DNA from: Torpedo marmorata
Lineage: Eukaryota
Reading direction: 5' to 3'
NCBI GenBank assembly: GCA_977017645.1
Contig: OZ360222.1
Span: 228,532,001-228,596,000, forward strand
DNA: 64,000 nt
A model generated the notes under the pieces. It was not told where the DNA came from and did no database searches. It saw only the letters and a list, made by a program, of their open reading frames with translations. Within the stretch, counting starts at the first letter, position 1. Every line of letters starts with the position of its first letter. A program made the translations under genes and the position numbers. Shown here piece after piece: positions 38,666 to 51,181 of the stretch.

Positions 38666-38789
38666 TTAAATGATGGATTAATGGATATATCATCATACAT
38701 TTTGCAATTTGTAATTGTGCAATGTCTTTTATTTATAATGATATAATAACCTCTCATCGTGCAACTATCCAATAATTGTGTGTACAATT

Positions 38790-39058
38790 GGGGTGGCACA
38801 GTTGGCGTAGCGGTTAGCGCAATGCTGTTACAGCGCCAGCGATCGGGACAGGGGTTCGAATCCCGTGCTGTCTGAAAGGAGTTTGTACATTCTCCATGTC
38901 TGCGTGGGTTTTCCCCGGGGGCTCCGGTTTCCTCTCACCATTCAAAACGTACCGGGAGCTGTAGGTCAATTGAGTGTAAATGGGCAGCACGGGCTCATGG
39001 GCCGAAATGGCCTGTTACTGTGCTGCACGTCTAAATTTAATTTTTTAAAATTAAAATT
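38790..39058 (+). mobile_element. tRNA-derived V-SINE, full length
   Basis: A box TGGCGTAGCGG, B box GGTTCGAATCC, V-domain GGAGTTTGTACATTCTCCATGTCTGCGTGGGTTTTCCCCGGGGGCTCCGGTTTCCTC, tail GGGCCGAAATGGCCTGTTACTGTGCTG and an AT-rich end. Confidence 0.9.
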
Positions 39059-39285
39059 TGTGAATTTATCCATTCATCTCAAAAGAATACTCTGCCAATT
39101 TCACACAATGTATACGTGAAAAGAACCAAACATGCTGTTTAAAATGCTCCACGGTTCTACAACTACAAAAGTTCAAGTGCTTCTTGTTTTTACATACCAT
39201 TATGTAAAAGTGACGAGAAATCTGGAAAGAAATTGGTTTAAATTATTTTCAATGATTAAATTTCCATCTTTTTTCTCATACTTGC

Positions 39286-39742
39286 CTCTCTTGCACTTCC
39301 TGCTGCTGTGCTGAATTCTGGGCATCTGAATCTCCACTTGCACTGGGTGTGCTCCCTTGTGGTCTCTCTGCACTGTTGCCTGAGCTACCACTCGGTAGTG
39401 AAGCAGTCCCAACAGTCCCACTAAATCCTGAAGTGGATGAGGCTGTTCCAGTCTGATGCAAAACTGGGGTAGTGGTTGTGGTGGAGGAGGTAGAAGTGCA
39501 GCAGGTCCCTGTTGTCCCACTTCCTACACCAGAGCTGCCAGTTGTTGCAGTGCTACTGCCAGTGCTGATTGTGGAAGTAACTGTCGTACCAGTTGGCAAT
39601 GATGCAGAAGTACCTCCTGTTCCTGTTGTTGGTCCACCAGCTCCAGTTGTTGCCTGTCCCTGGGTACCAGATGATGCTGTTGGCTGGTGTTTTGGTGGAA
39701 TCAGCAAGCTGTTATCCAGCTGAAGTGTAGCCAGGTAAGGTG
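39286..39742 (-). CDS. med13l: MED13L exon 21 (Ser/Thr/Gly-rich low-complexity region; GC donor)
   Basis: ctag|(A)[32 protein letters not shown](S)|gcaagt; 457 nt. Frame with exon 22 is kept only with the GC donor at 39284-39285. Confidence 0.88.
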
Positions 39743-39995
39743 CTAGATACCAGGGAGTAAACAGGACATTTAATTAAGTGACTCTGAAGAATTGCCTCTC
39801 AACAATTAATATTTCTTATACAATCAAACAAATGCATACTGACTGTGGATTTTAAACAAAAGCACGTTCAAATAGTCATTAAATAGCTTCAGCACAATTT
39901 AATGTAATCTTTCATCGTAAAAAGCAAGAATACTGAAATTGGCTTTCTTTGATTGGGCCTTTTCACAAAGCATTAAAATTAACTTTAAAACTTAC

Positions 39996-40188
39996 CCAAG
40001 TGGTGACGACAAACTTGAGCATAAAGCTTTAACTTGGCAAGATTGTCATTCTCATCATTAACCCAGGTTTGAGAGAACCAATCATCCACAGATTCATCTG
40101 CCAGCTTTTTTGCAGAACTTTTACCAACCCGCATGATTCCATCTCTCAATACTTTACAGATAGGTCGATGCTCACCAAGTCTGCAGGT
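39996..40188 (-). CDS. med13l: MED13L exon 20
   Basis: aacag|[64 protein letters not shown]|gtaagt; 193 nt. Confidence 0.95.
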
Positions 40189-40398
40189 CTGTTAAAATAA
40201 AAATTTGAGATGATCAGCAAATTCTAAGAACGTTTAGATTGAATGGTATCAATTTAATTGCAATCAATCTGCTGTGATTTTATTGAAGATATAGGTAAAT
40301 ATAATACAATAATTGTGATTTGTAATAATAATTAAACTTTCAATTTAATGTAACAGGTTTATTTTGTACACATTTTACAGTTAAGCATTTATTCTGAC

Positions 40399-40622
40399 CT
40401 CATATACTGCACTAAGATCCCTGAAGAAATTTTTGGCTCCAATGAGCAAGGCTTCATTTTCTGGACAAACCACAATGTAGGCTACGTCACGCTGAGAACC
40501 ATATGGTTCCAGAAGCAACTTCTCCCAAAAGGGCAGTGCAAAGGGAGAGATCATCAGGAAGTCTTTATCATAGCCCAGCAGCAGTGTGGGGATAGGAAGT
40601 GGCTCTGGTGATTCTTCAGAAC
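40399..40622 (-). CDS. med13l: MED13L exon 19
   Basis: ttag|(G)[65 protein letters not shown]|gtcag; 224 nt. Confidence 0.95.
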
Positions 40623-41796
40623 CTAAACAAAAGATTGTGTGACACATTAATCTTTTTAAGAATAGAGCAAATATAAACATTTTCATACTTGTGGACTTTG
40701 CGCATAAGAAATAATACAGAACCCAAAACTAGTCATCACATGATTAATTGGAGGTGTACAATATTACAAAAATCAATGTCGCCCCTCAGTAACCTTCTGT
40801 AAACAAAAACTGAACATAATAATCTCTATGTGTTGCAAACAATTTTTACTCTGCTACAGACACAAACATCCACCACCTGTATTATATATGCAGTAAAGAA
40901 ACAAGCCATTCATATTAATTGATTTTTACTACATTTTTTCTTTTCACACACAACCTGAGTCGACCAAGTTCAGCCTTTTTCTGTCCTTTCACACGTATTT
41001 GCCTTCCTTTTGAAATCACTCATGCCATTTACCTCAACCAATTGCTGCAGTGACAAGTTACACATCCCAGCCACTTTCCAAGTTAAACTATTTAATCTTC
41101 CCATCAACCGTTATTTCTTAGTTCTGCACTTGGCTCGAAATCTAATTGGCACCTACTCCAGTGCTGCGGTACACTTTTTATTGCATGGAGATCAGCACCA
41201 AACCATATGTAGTAGTATGCTAGTCTACCAAAACAGCACTACTTGTGAATTCCTGTTTGCTGTCAGTAAACAGGAATTATGCCTATTTCAAGATTCCTTT
41301 GTTCTTCCACCCCACATTACTTTTTAAACGTATGGAATATTTTTCCCCATTTTCTTCCAAATGATCTTATCCCACATTTATATTAATTGCCATCCAACTG
41401 CCTGCTTTGTAAAGTCTTCATGAATTCTTGCAAAACACTGGCTGCAGACTCTTAATTTGGATTAATTTGAAAATTAACAGATCCTTATTGCCATGTCCAA
41501 ATCATTTGCATATTTAATATACATTTTTGCACTGATGCAGGTGGAATACAGCATTGTTTCTTTAAAATGAATAATTCCCCTTTTATCCCTATTCATTTTT
41601 TTAAAATCAAATTTCTATCCAGCCTTTTGACCTTAATCTTTTCTATTAGCCTGTACTATCTTATTTAAGGATTTTTTAAAAAGCATAAAGCATCTGTAAC
41701 TTTTTCTTGCCTTTTCATTGTACTATCAAATAAAGCCTTTGAGAATCAGTGTTCCTTTTTCTTATACATGTTCGAGTCTATTTTACCCTCTATAAT

Positions 41797-41998
41797 ATCC
41801 ATTCTCACTCAACCTTTTATTTTGACTATGGCACCCTTAGGACTCTGCTCAAAGTGAAGCAGTCAGGTTTAGTTGGTTTCTTCCATACTTCTCTTCTACT
41901 GACTACATAAATTTTTTTTTATAATTTCAGGCTGTGGCCTCCCTTAAATGTGCTGTGGTCCCCAGGAGGGGGCTGTATGACCCCGTTGAGAATGGCTG
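41797..41998. mobile_element. Possible hAT-type MITE
   Basis: Short inverted ends CCATTCTCA and TGAGAATGGCTG. No clear TSD. Confidence 0.35.
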
Positions 41999-42158
41999 CT
42001 CATAATACCGAACTCAATAACCTTACTATCTCAGACACTGTGCTGATTTGTCTCTGGTTCCCAGGTTTTTCTTTATCTTTGTAAAGAGGGATAACAGTTG
42101 TCCAGTGGAATGCCTCTCTTTAATTTCCTTGAATATGTATAAGCACGTTATCTGAACG

Positions 42159-44425
42159 TTAGAACCATAGAACACTACAGCACAGAAAAAGGCCCCTTCG
42201 GCCTTTCTAGTCTGTGCAGAACCATTTTTTTTTTGCCTAGTCCCACTGACCTGCACCCAGTCCATAGTCTCCATACCTCTCCTATCCATGTACCTGTCCA
42301 AATTCTTCTAAAATGTTGAAATTGAGCCCGCATTCACCACCTAAGCTAGCAGCTTGTTCCACACTCCCACCACTCTGTGTGAAGAAGTTCCCCCTCATGT
42401 TCCCCTTTAAATTTTCCCTTTTCACTCTTAACCCATGTTCTCTGGTTTGTATCTCACCTACCCTCCTTAGAAAAAGCCTACCTACATTTACTCTGTCTAT
42501 CCCCCTCAATTTTAAATACCTCTATACCTAGCGCCTAAACCTTCCTGACTAACCTCTCATGTGGGACCTTGTCAAAAGCCTTACTAAAGTCCACGTAGAC
42601 AACATCCACAGCCTTTCCTTCGTCAACTTTCCTGGTAACCGCCTCGAAAAGCTCTATAAGATTGGTTAAACACGACCTACCACGCACAAAGCCATGTTGA
42701 CTATCCCTAATCAGTTTCTGGCTATCCAAATAATTGTATATCCGATCTCTTAGAACACCTTCCAATAATTTACCTACTACTGACGTCAGGCTCTCTGGCC
42801 TATAATTTCCAGGGTTACTTTTGGAGCCTTGTTTAAACAACGGAACAACGTGAGCTACCCTCCAATCCTCTGGCACCACACCCGTGGCTAAGGACATTTT
42901 AAATATTTCTGCCAGAGCCCCTGCAATTTCTACACTAGCCTCCCTCAAGGTCCAAGAGAATATCTTGTCAGGCCCTGGGGATTTATCCACCCTTATTTGC
43001 TTTAAGGCAGCAAGAACTTCCTCCTCTTTAATCTGTATAGGTTCCGTGACCTCACTGCTTGTTTTCCTTACTTTCCACGACTTTGTGCCCTTTTTCTGAG
43101 TGAATACTGATGAAAAAAAAACGTTTAAGATCTCCCCCATCTCTTTTGGCTCCATACAAAGCCGACCACTCTGATCTTCAAGGGGACCAATTTTGTCCCT
43201 GTTATATGTGGATAGTGGAGGAACACGTGGCCTCCCTCTGTGTCTGGAATATTGTGGATTGCAGATGGTCACTTGACCTTCCTGTCTGAAACTTATTCGC
43301 AAGTCGCATCACCTGCCAATCAAGGTTGGACTCTGGTCACCCATTAGTGCACACCTTACCGTTAGCTCATTTAAATGATTCAGTGTCATCATTGGGCAGA
43401 CGCCCAGCTCAGAACAGTATAAAACATCGATGCACACCACATTTCTCTCTCTCTGCCTCTTGGTCCAAGTCCCGGACATCGCTCCACGCCAGGTCACTAC
43501 TGTGGACATCGCTGGAGGAGCCGTGGGTAAGGTGTGCACTACACTTAAGTTGAGCTGTATTACTGCGATAGATCAGTGCTTGCAGAGAGCCGCACCCCGT
43601 TGGTACAGGGAATCGGGAGTGTGCTTGAAAGTCCGTCTGTGAAGTGTGTACACGTGCGGGAGCATGTAGAAGATAGGCAGCCACTGGTATCGGAATCCAA
43701 CCTGGGTCTGATGTGAACATCTATATATAGTTGTTCAGTGGTAGAGTAATTAAGTATCATTTGACATCTTCCCCTGTTTGTCGCCCGTGTGTTCAATAAA
43801 GTTACCTCTGATTGTAACACGTGTCCAGACTCGTCTCTGTGAACCCACTGAACCTGATACTTTCCAAACACAACAGTCCCTTACTATCCTTTTGCTCTTA
43901 CTATAGCTGTAGAAACCCTTAGGATTTTTCCTTCACATTGTCTGCCAAAGCAACCTCATGTCTTCTTTTAGCCTTCATGATATCTTCGATGTTTGTCTTG
44001 CATTTTTTTTTATACTCCTCAAGTACCTCATTTGCTCCATGTTGCCTATACCTGCTATACACCTTCCGAACGAGATCCCCAATATCCCCCTAAAACCAAG
44101 GTTCCCTATGCCTGCTAACCTTGTCTTTAATCCTGACAGGAATATATAAACTCTGTACTCTCAAAATTTCACCTTTGAAGGTCCTCCACTTACCTCGCAC
44201 ATCCTTGCCCGAAAACAATTTATCCCAATCCACGCATTCTGGATCCTTTCCCATTTTGTCAAAATGAGCCTAAATCTCAACCCGAGGCTCAGACCTATCC
44301 TTATCCATAATTAACTTGAAACTAATAGCATTATGATCACTGAACCCAAAATATTCATCTACACACACTTCTGTCACCTGTCCTGTCTTGTTCCCTAAAA
44401 GGGGATCCAGTATTGCATTCTCTCT
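42159..44425 (-). mobile_element. CR1 LINE, truncated and internally deleted, interrupted by a solo LTR
   Basis: RT motifs KSPGPD, NPGNYRP, SQHGFVRGRSCLTNL, VDVVYVDFSKAFDKVPH (ORF 42535-43302). Endonuclease end LDPLLGN..SDHNAISF at 44270-44420. CR1 tail at 42159-42530. The central RT is deleted at about 42535. Confidence 0.92.
43200..43875 (+). mobile_element. Solo LTR (676 bp) of an LTR retrotransposon
   Basis: Ends TGTT..AACA. 5-bp TSD GTCCC at 43195-43199 and 43876-43880. TATAAAA at 43418 and AATAAA at 43795. The CR1 sequence resumes cleanly on both sides. Confidence 0.9.
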
Positions 44426-45214
44426 ATTTATCCAAATTTTCATAATTGGTCTATTAGGCAAAGGTGTTAACTAATAACTCTGACATATCTGTGATATCAT
44501 AAGTGAATTTACCCAGGATAGAGAGAAATAGAAGGAATTATCCAGTTCTATTCACAGAGAGGTAAATTGATGAAGGAGGCACAATGAATACCTGCTTTTG
44601 CCACCAATCTCATTTCAAAATTGAACTGAATACTAATTATGCAAACCTAGAATTCAGTGTATTGGTCTGGTTATCATTCTCAATCCTCAATTATTTCTTC
44701 AATTTTCTCTTTTCCAACATATTTTAAAAATCTGTTGCCCTGTCTTACTTGCTTCTAATATTGAATCTTCCTTTTTGTTATCACTATTACACACTTCATG
44801 TTATGGTTCATCATTATATCTGCTTTTATTTTTGCCTTGTGCTTCTGAGATACCAAATGAGAAAAAAGCACAGTAGATACCGGTAGTTTGCTTTTGACAT
44901 TCAATTTGTGGCGGGATGGGGAAAATAAAGTTGAAATCTCCCATGATTATTCCATGCCTTCTGCTTACCTCATAGAATTGCTTAATTATTCTGATATTCT
45001 ACTATTGTATCCTAATCAGTTACAGATATTTTAACTTTGCATCTTTTACAGAATTGTATGGTGGAAAAAGTTAACGTTTACCTTTTAAATCTTTCCATCT
45101 GGATTCTGTACTTTATATTTCTATTATTCTATTATTTTAACTAGTATATCCACTCATCTTCTCTCCAGCTCAAATATGCAAAATTTTCAATCACAATTAT
45201 ATCCTATCATTAGC

Positions 45215-45740
45215 AAAAAATTGCTGGAGGAACTCAGGTCAGACAGCATCCATGGGTAGAAATGGTCAGTCACCTTTCAGTTAGAACCCTTTATCAAGAC
45301 CGAGATAAAAAGGTGAAATTACATATATTAAGGGATAAAGAAACCGGGGGAGGGGCTCAGATGTGATGGGGTATAGAACAGAAGATGAGAGAGGGGTAGA
45401 GGGACAAACCATTGGAATGGCGAGGTGAAAGTTAGAGAGAGAAAAAATGTATAGGAGTAGGTAAAGAGATGGAAATAGTGGAAGCAGAGAAACAGATAGG
45501 GTTGGGTTACCTAAAATTAGAAAAATCAATCTTCATGCCATTCGGTTTAAGGCTGTCCAGGAGGAATATGATGTTTTGTTCCTCAAATTTACATTTGGCC
45601 TCACCCGGACAATGGACAAGGCCGAGGACAGACATGTCACTGTAGGAACGGTTGGAAGAGTAAAAGAGCATAGAGGTTCAGTGAAGCATATGGTCTCATC
45701 AATATAGAGGCAGCCACGTTAGGTACACAAATAGTAGGAG
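45215..45740 (-). mobile_element. Degenerate PLE 3' fragment
   Basis: TGCTGGAGGAACTCAG..CAGCATCCATGG end, purine-rich spacer, then GIY-YIG-like remnants (TCTCATCAATATAGAGG). Same layout as 13780-14215. Confidence 0.65.
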
Positions 45741-45804
45741 ATTCGGTTGGACGATGTTTCTCCATGCCCTACCTCTGGTTGTGTTGTAATTTCTTGCCAT
45801 TTTG

Positions 45805-46420
45805 TTAGACCACAAGACATAGGAGCATAAATAGACTATTCAGCTCATCAAGTCTGCCCTGCCATTTAATCATGAGCTGATCCATTTTCCCACTCAGCCC
45901 CACTGCCCTGTCTTCTCCCCATAACCTTTGATGCCCTGGCTAATCAAGAACCTATCAATCTCAGCATTAAATACACCCAATGACATGGCCTCCACAACCG
46001 CCTGGCAACAAGTTCCACAGATTTACTATCCTCTGGCTAAAGAAATTCCTCCGCATCTCTGTTCTGCTTCCACTATTTCCATCTCTTCTATCCTGAAGTT
46101 GTGCCCTCTTGTCCTAGACTCTCCCACCATGGGAAACAACCTTTCTACATCTACTCTGTCCATACCTTTCAATATTCGAAATGTTTCAACGAGATCCCCC
46201 CCCATTCTCCTAAATTCCAACGAGTACAGGCCAAGAGCTGTCAAAAGCTCCTCATATGATAACCCTTTCATTCCCAGAATCATCCTTGTGAACCTCTTCG
46301 GAACCCTCTCAAACGTCAGCCCATCCTTTCTTAAATGAGGGCAAAACTGCTCACAATACTCCAAATAAGTTCTACCCAGTGCCTTATAAAGTCTCAACAT
46401 CACATCCCTGCTCTTATTTT
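45805..46420 (-). mobile_element. CR1 LINE 3' fragment (second family)
   Basis: ORF 46026-46403: MLRLYKALGRTYLEYC..LSYEELL..LGLYSLEFRRMGGDLVETFRIL..SRTRGHN. Confidence 0.9.
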
Positions 46421-46898
46421 CATTATGTTAATTTGTCTTGCCGATTTTTAAAATTTTTTTTTACTTGTACAAGTTTTTAAATTTCTAATATCGCTCTCTT
46501 CCAATAATAATCATTTGCATTTTGTTTAGTTGTAGTTATCTATTGTCCTCATAGTATGGTGCTGTTACCTTAATCTTCAATTTTTAAAAGATCTCAGCAT
46601 CAATGTCCACTCACGATGAAATAGAACCCTTTCCAAGTCAACTTTAATCATGTTGAGTCCAATCATCTTATCTTGATTTCCGTTATATGCATGACAATGT
46701 AATTCTACTTGTCCCTGCCTTAAAAATGCGTGAGATCATTCATGTGGACAGAATCCATAAATAATTTGTACTACAGTAGATCAGCCTTATAAGAGTCCAC
46801 CCCCCCAGAAAAAGAAGTCCTGTAACTTTTTGGGTAGTGCACGTCACATTGCTCTGAGCAAAGTAACTGAAGCAATAGAAAAGCCATAATAAAATTCA

Positions 46899-47126
<228 letters not shown>

Positions 47127-47282
47127 TTATTGCAATAAGCTAAAGATCCTATCTGCTGCTAATAATTGGAATTGAAGCAATATGTTTTACCTTGAAGGGT
47201 GAAGCACCCTCTGTTTTAAACTTACCACTTCCCATTCCTGGAATACTTCACTTCTGATTACCACAGTTCTGGAAAACCAGTT

Positions 47283-47740
47283 CTAGAACCCTTCAGCCCA
47301 TCTAGTCTGTGATGAACTCAAGTCCTGGCAACATCCTTGTAAAGTTCACTCTTTCAATCTCATTAATTTCTTTTCTGTAGTTAGGTGACCAAAACTGTAC
47401 ACAATACTCCAAATTTGGCCTCACCAATGTCACGTACAACTTCAACATAACATCCTAACTCCTGTACTCAATACTTTGATTTATGAAGGCCAATGTGCCA
47501 AAGGCTCTCTTTACGACCCTTATTTACCCGTGATGTCACTTTCAATGAATTGTGTATCTATATTCCCAGATTTCTCTGTTCTACCACACTCCGCAATGCC
47601 CTGCCATTTACCGTGCAACTCCTACCTTGGTTCGTCTTCCTCACACTTAACCACATTAAATTCCATCTCCCACTTTGCAGCCCATTTTTCCAGCTGGTCA
47701 AGATCCTGCTGCAAGCTTTGAAAGCCTATCCACATTCTCC
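47283..47740 (-). mobile_element. CR1 LINE fragment with internal deletions
   Basis: LQQDLDQLEKWAAKWEMEFNVVKCE and CAATACTCCAAATTTGGCCTCACCA signatures. Confidence 0.85.
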
Positions 47741-48835
47741 CAATCTTAGTACCTAATCTCCAAATTCTTTTCCCTCTGAAGATCTTAAATGCAAAGAATG
47801 TCCCAAAATAATCACAATCTTGAAATAATGCTAAATCAAAGTCATAAGTGAATTCCAACATAGCTGTAATTATGGTGCATCAGTTCTTGCCTGAAACCTT
47901 CAGCACAGCTGACTACACCACTCTCTTGCAATAATTTGTATCTTGATTCTTCAAGTTGAATCTTCAACTTGATTCATTAATTGAAACTTTCATTATTCCA
48001 AAACTCTGACTGTTCAAACAGATTTGTCCTTCCAACTTCAACATTTCGATTTCAGACCTCAAATGATCTATACTTTGATCTGGAAATAGTACAAGCTTTA
48101 CATGGAAAGTGTGTTCAGGTTTCTGGATGACAAGAGAGGGGATGATAACAGAGGAAAGTGCATAAACAGGTCAATTGAACATGAAAATTTGGACTGGTTA
48201 CGCCAAAGATGATAATACTTAAATTTCAGAATTCCTTGAGGAGACAAATATGGTTGAGTGGCGAATATATGATTGTTGTGTGTGCCATGGGTAAACCTAC
48301 GACATAGTGTCACCAGAGAAAATTAAGGGTTATGATATAAAGGAAAATGAAGCAAACTGAATTTAAAAATGCTTGGAAAGGTGCAAAGAAGTTTTAGGGC
48401 TGTCTTTCCAGCGTGGCTGTAAGTGCACGCCAGGTTTAAGACTACTTTTATTCGCTATTTATTTTCACCTATTTGTCTCGAGATTGGATGGAATGGTGCC
48501 AAAATTAGGAATTAATATCAAAATAACTGGCTTCAATAATTTTTCTTTAAAGATCTAATATCATGCTGGATTTGGATGTTGGCTAAATAGTGACAAGTGG
48601 AAAACAAAAGCAAACCTGGAACAATTCATTCTGGATTTTTTTTTAAATAGCAACAGCAACAACTGAATTCTGAATACAAGTAAATTCAGAGCTGAGGAAT
48701 TGAGGATAAAGGCTCACAAGTTTTCAAAAGGCAAGATCTTAGGTGGTGATGCTAACTGCAAATCACTATCTTCCCCTGCACTACACACAAGTGGCACTGG
48801 ATTTAAAAGCCAAATAGTAATCAAGAACCTAAAGT

Positions 48836-51181
48836 GTTGAATAGATATTCAAAGGATAATATAGCTAGATTAATTAGTTTAATTAGTTTGCATAAAAAGA
48901 AACAAGATTTACCATTAGTTGTAACATTAGATGCTGAAAAGGCTTTTGATAGATTAGAATGGAATTTTTTATTTAAGGTATTAGAAAAATTTGGTTTTGG
49001 AAACACATTTATAAATTGGATTAAAACTATATATAAAGAACCATCAGCTAAAGTAATTACAAATGGACAAATATCGCCAAAATTTTCTTTGACACGCTCT
49101 ACGAGACAGGGATGTCCCCTGTCACCAGCTTTATTTGTTTTGGCGATAGAACCTTTGACTGAATTAGTTAGAAAAGATCCTAAGATAGTGGGTATTAAAG
49201 TTGGTAAGGAAGAACATAAGATTAGTTTATTTGCAAATGATGTATTGATATATATGACAAAATCTATTATATCACTTCAACAACTATCTATTATATTAAG
49301 AAAATATGGTGAAATTTCTGGATATAAAATTAATTCAGATAAAAGTGAAATAATGGCTTTATCTCAAGGTGATTATGCTAGATGTAAAGAAATTACACAA
49401 TTTAAATGGGCTAAAGGAGGAATTAAATATTTGGGGGTTAAGGTTGATACAAAATTGGAAAATTTATATAAATTAAATTACCGGTATTTACCATTATTTG
49501 GGAAAATAAAGAAAGATTTAGAGAATTGGAAAGATTTACCTATAACTTTAATGGGAAGGGTAAATTGTATCAAAATGAATATTTTTCCAAGAGTTCAGTA
49601 TCTTTTTCAATCAATTCCTTTTGGAATTCCTCAAAAAATTTTTAAAGATTTAAATTTTACTATTAGGAAATTTTTGTGGAAAGGAAAGTTAGCAAGAGTA
49701 AGTATGGAAAAGTTAACTTGGAATTATGAGATGGGTGGATTGCAACTTCCTAACTTTCAAAATTATTATAAAGCAGCTCAATTAAAATTTGTTAATAAAT
49801 TTTTTGATTCAACTAAATCTTCTGCTTGGATTAAAATAGAATTAAATAATATAGGAGAAAATCTTAAAGAACAAATTATTTATAAATTGGATTCTAAATT
49901 AATATCATTAAAAAAGAAAAATTCACCGATTATTAAACATTTGTTAGAAATATGGGGTAAGACGGATAAAGAGATAGGTGGAAGAGGATTATTTTCTTCA
50001 AATATGCCATTATACCAAAATGGACTTATATCATTTACTGTTAATAATCAGTTACTTAAAATTTGGTTTCAAAAAGGTATTAAGAAGATTAATGATTGTT
50101 TTGAAGCTGGAAAATTTATTACGTTTCAAAGAATGAAAGATAAATTTAATATACCAGATAATACATTTTTAGCTTATTATCAAGTTAAAGCTTTTTTGAC
50201 TGAGAAATTAGGTTATGCTTTGATTTTACTGAGACAAAATGAATTAGAATTATTAGTTACTAATGGAGATGTTAATAAATTTATTTCTCAAATGTATAAA
50301 TTGTTTCAAAGGAAAATGCCTAAAATAGGATTGCATAAATCAAGATTAAAATGGGAATTAGATTTAAATGTAAATATAGATGAAAATCATTGGAAAGATT
50401 TATGTAAATTAAGTATGACAAAGATTATTAATGTTAGATATAGATTAGTACAATATAATTTTTTTCATCAATTATATTTAACACCTAAAAAATTAAAGAA
50501 ATTTAATCCGACATTATCAGGTTTATGTTTTAGATGCAATAGAGAGGAAGGTTCTTTTGTTCATTCTACATGGTTTTGTTCAAAAATTCAAGATTTTTGG
50601 TTGAAAGTTAAAAAATGTTTAGATAAAGTATTTAATACTACATTTCCAATGTTATTTTTATTTGGAGATATTAAAAAATTTAGTATTAAAAAGAAATTAA
50701 ATATGTTTCAAGTAAAATTTTTGCAAATTGCTTTGGCTGTTTTGAAAAAATGCATTGCTATTACTTGGAAATCTGACTTAGATTTAGGATTAGAAAGATG
50801 GCATGCAGAACTTCGTTCGTGTATACCACTGGAAAAAATTACTTATAATTTACGTAATAAATATCATTTTTTCTTGAAAATTTGGAGCCCATATATGAGA
50901 GCTGTGGGTTTAAGGATTTGAAGATCTCTAGATATCAGATCTGCTGGCATACTTGACCTCCATAATAGAATTAGTTTAGAAGGCATTCCCCTCATTCTAT
51001 TCTTTTCTTTCTTTTTCTTCTTTTTTCTATTTTACTTTAATTTTAATTTTTATTAGATTAGTGGGGATGGGGGGGTTGGGGAGGGGAGGGAGGGTGAAAA
51101 TATATCACATGTATTTTGATAAATTTATATTTTATCTTATGTATTTTGTGATTTAAAAGTTTAAATAAAATAATTTAAAAA
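48836..51181 (+). mobile_element. L1-clade LINE, 5'-truncated, with an uninterrupted ORF2 fragment of about 695 aa
   Basis: LDAEKAFDRLEW, TRQGCPLSPALF, SLFAND (FADD mutated), IKYLG, GGLQLP and the CCHC knuckle CFRC..H..C. 3' UTR with T-rich and G-rich tracts, AATAAA and an A tail. 13-bp TSD AAGAACCTAAAGT at 48823-48835 and 51182-51194. Confidence 0.96.

Noticed and set aside
38790-38875. tRNA gene
   Set aside because: A and B boxes are present, but there is no full cloverleaf and the sequence continues into a V-SINE body.
42535-43302. 255-aa ORF as a novel gene
   Set aside because: It is a chimera of antisense LTR sequence and a CR1 RT fragment.
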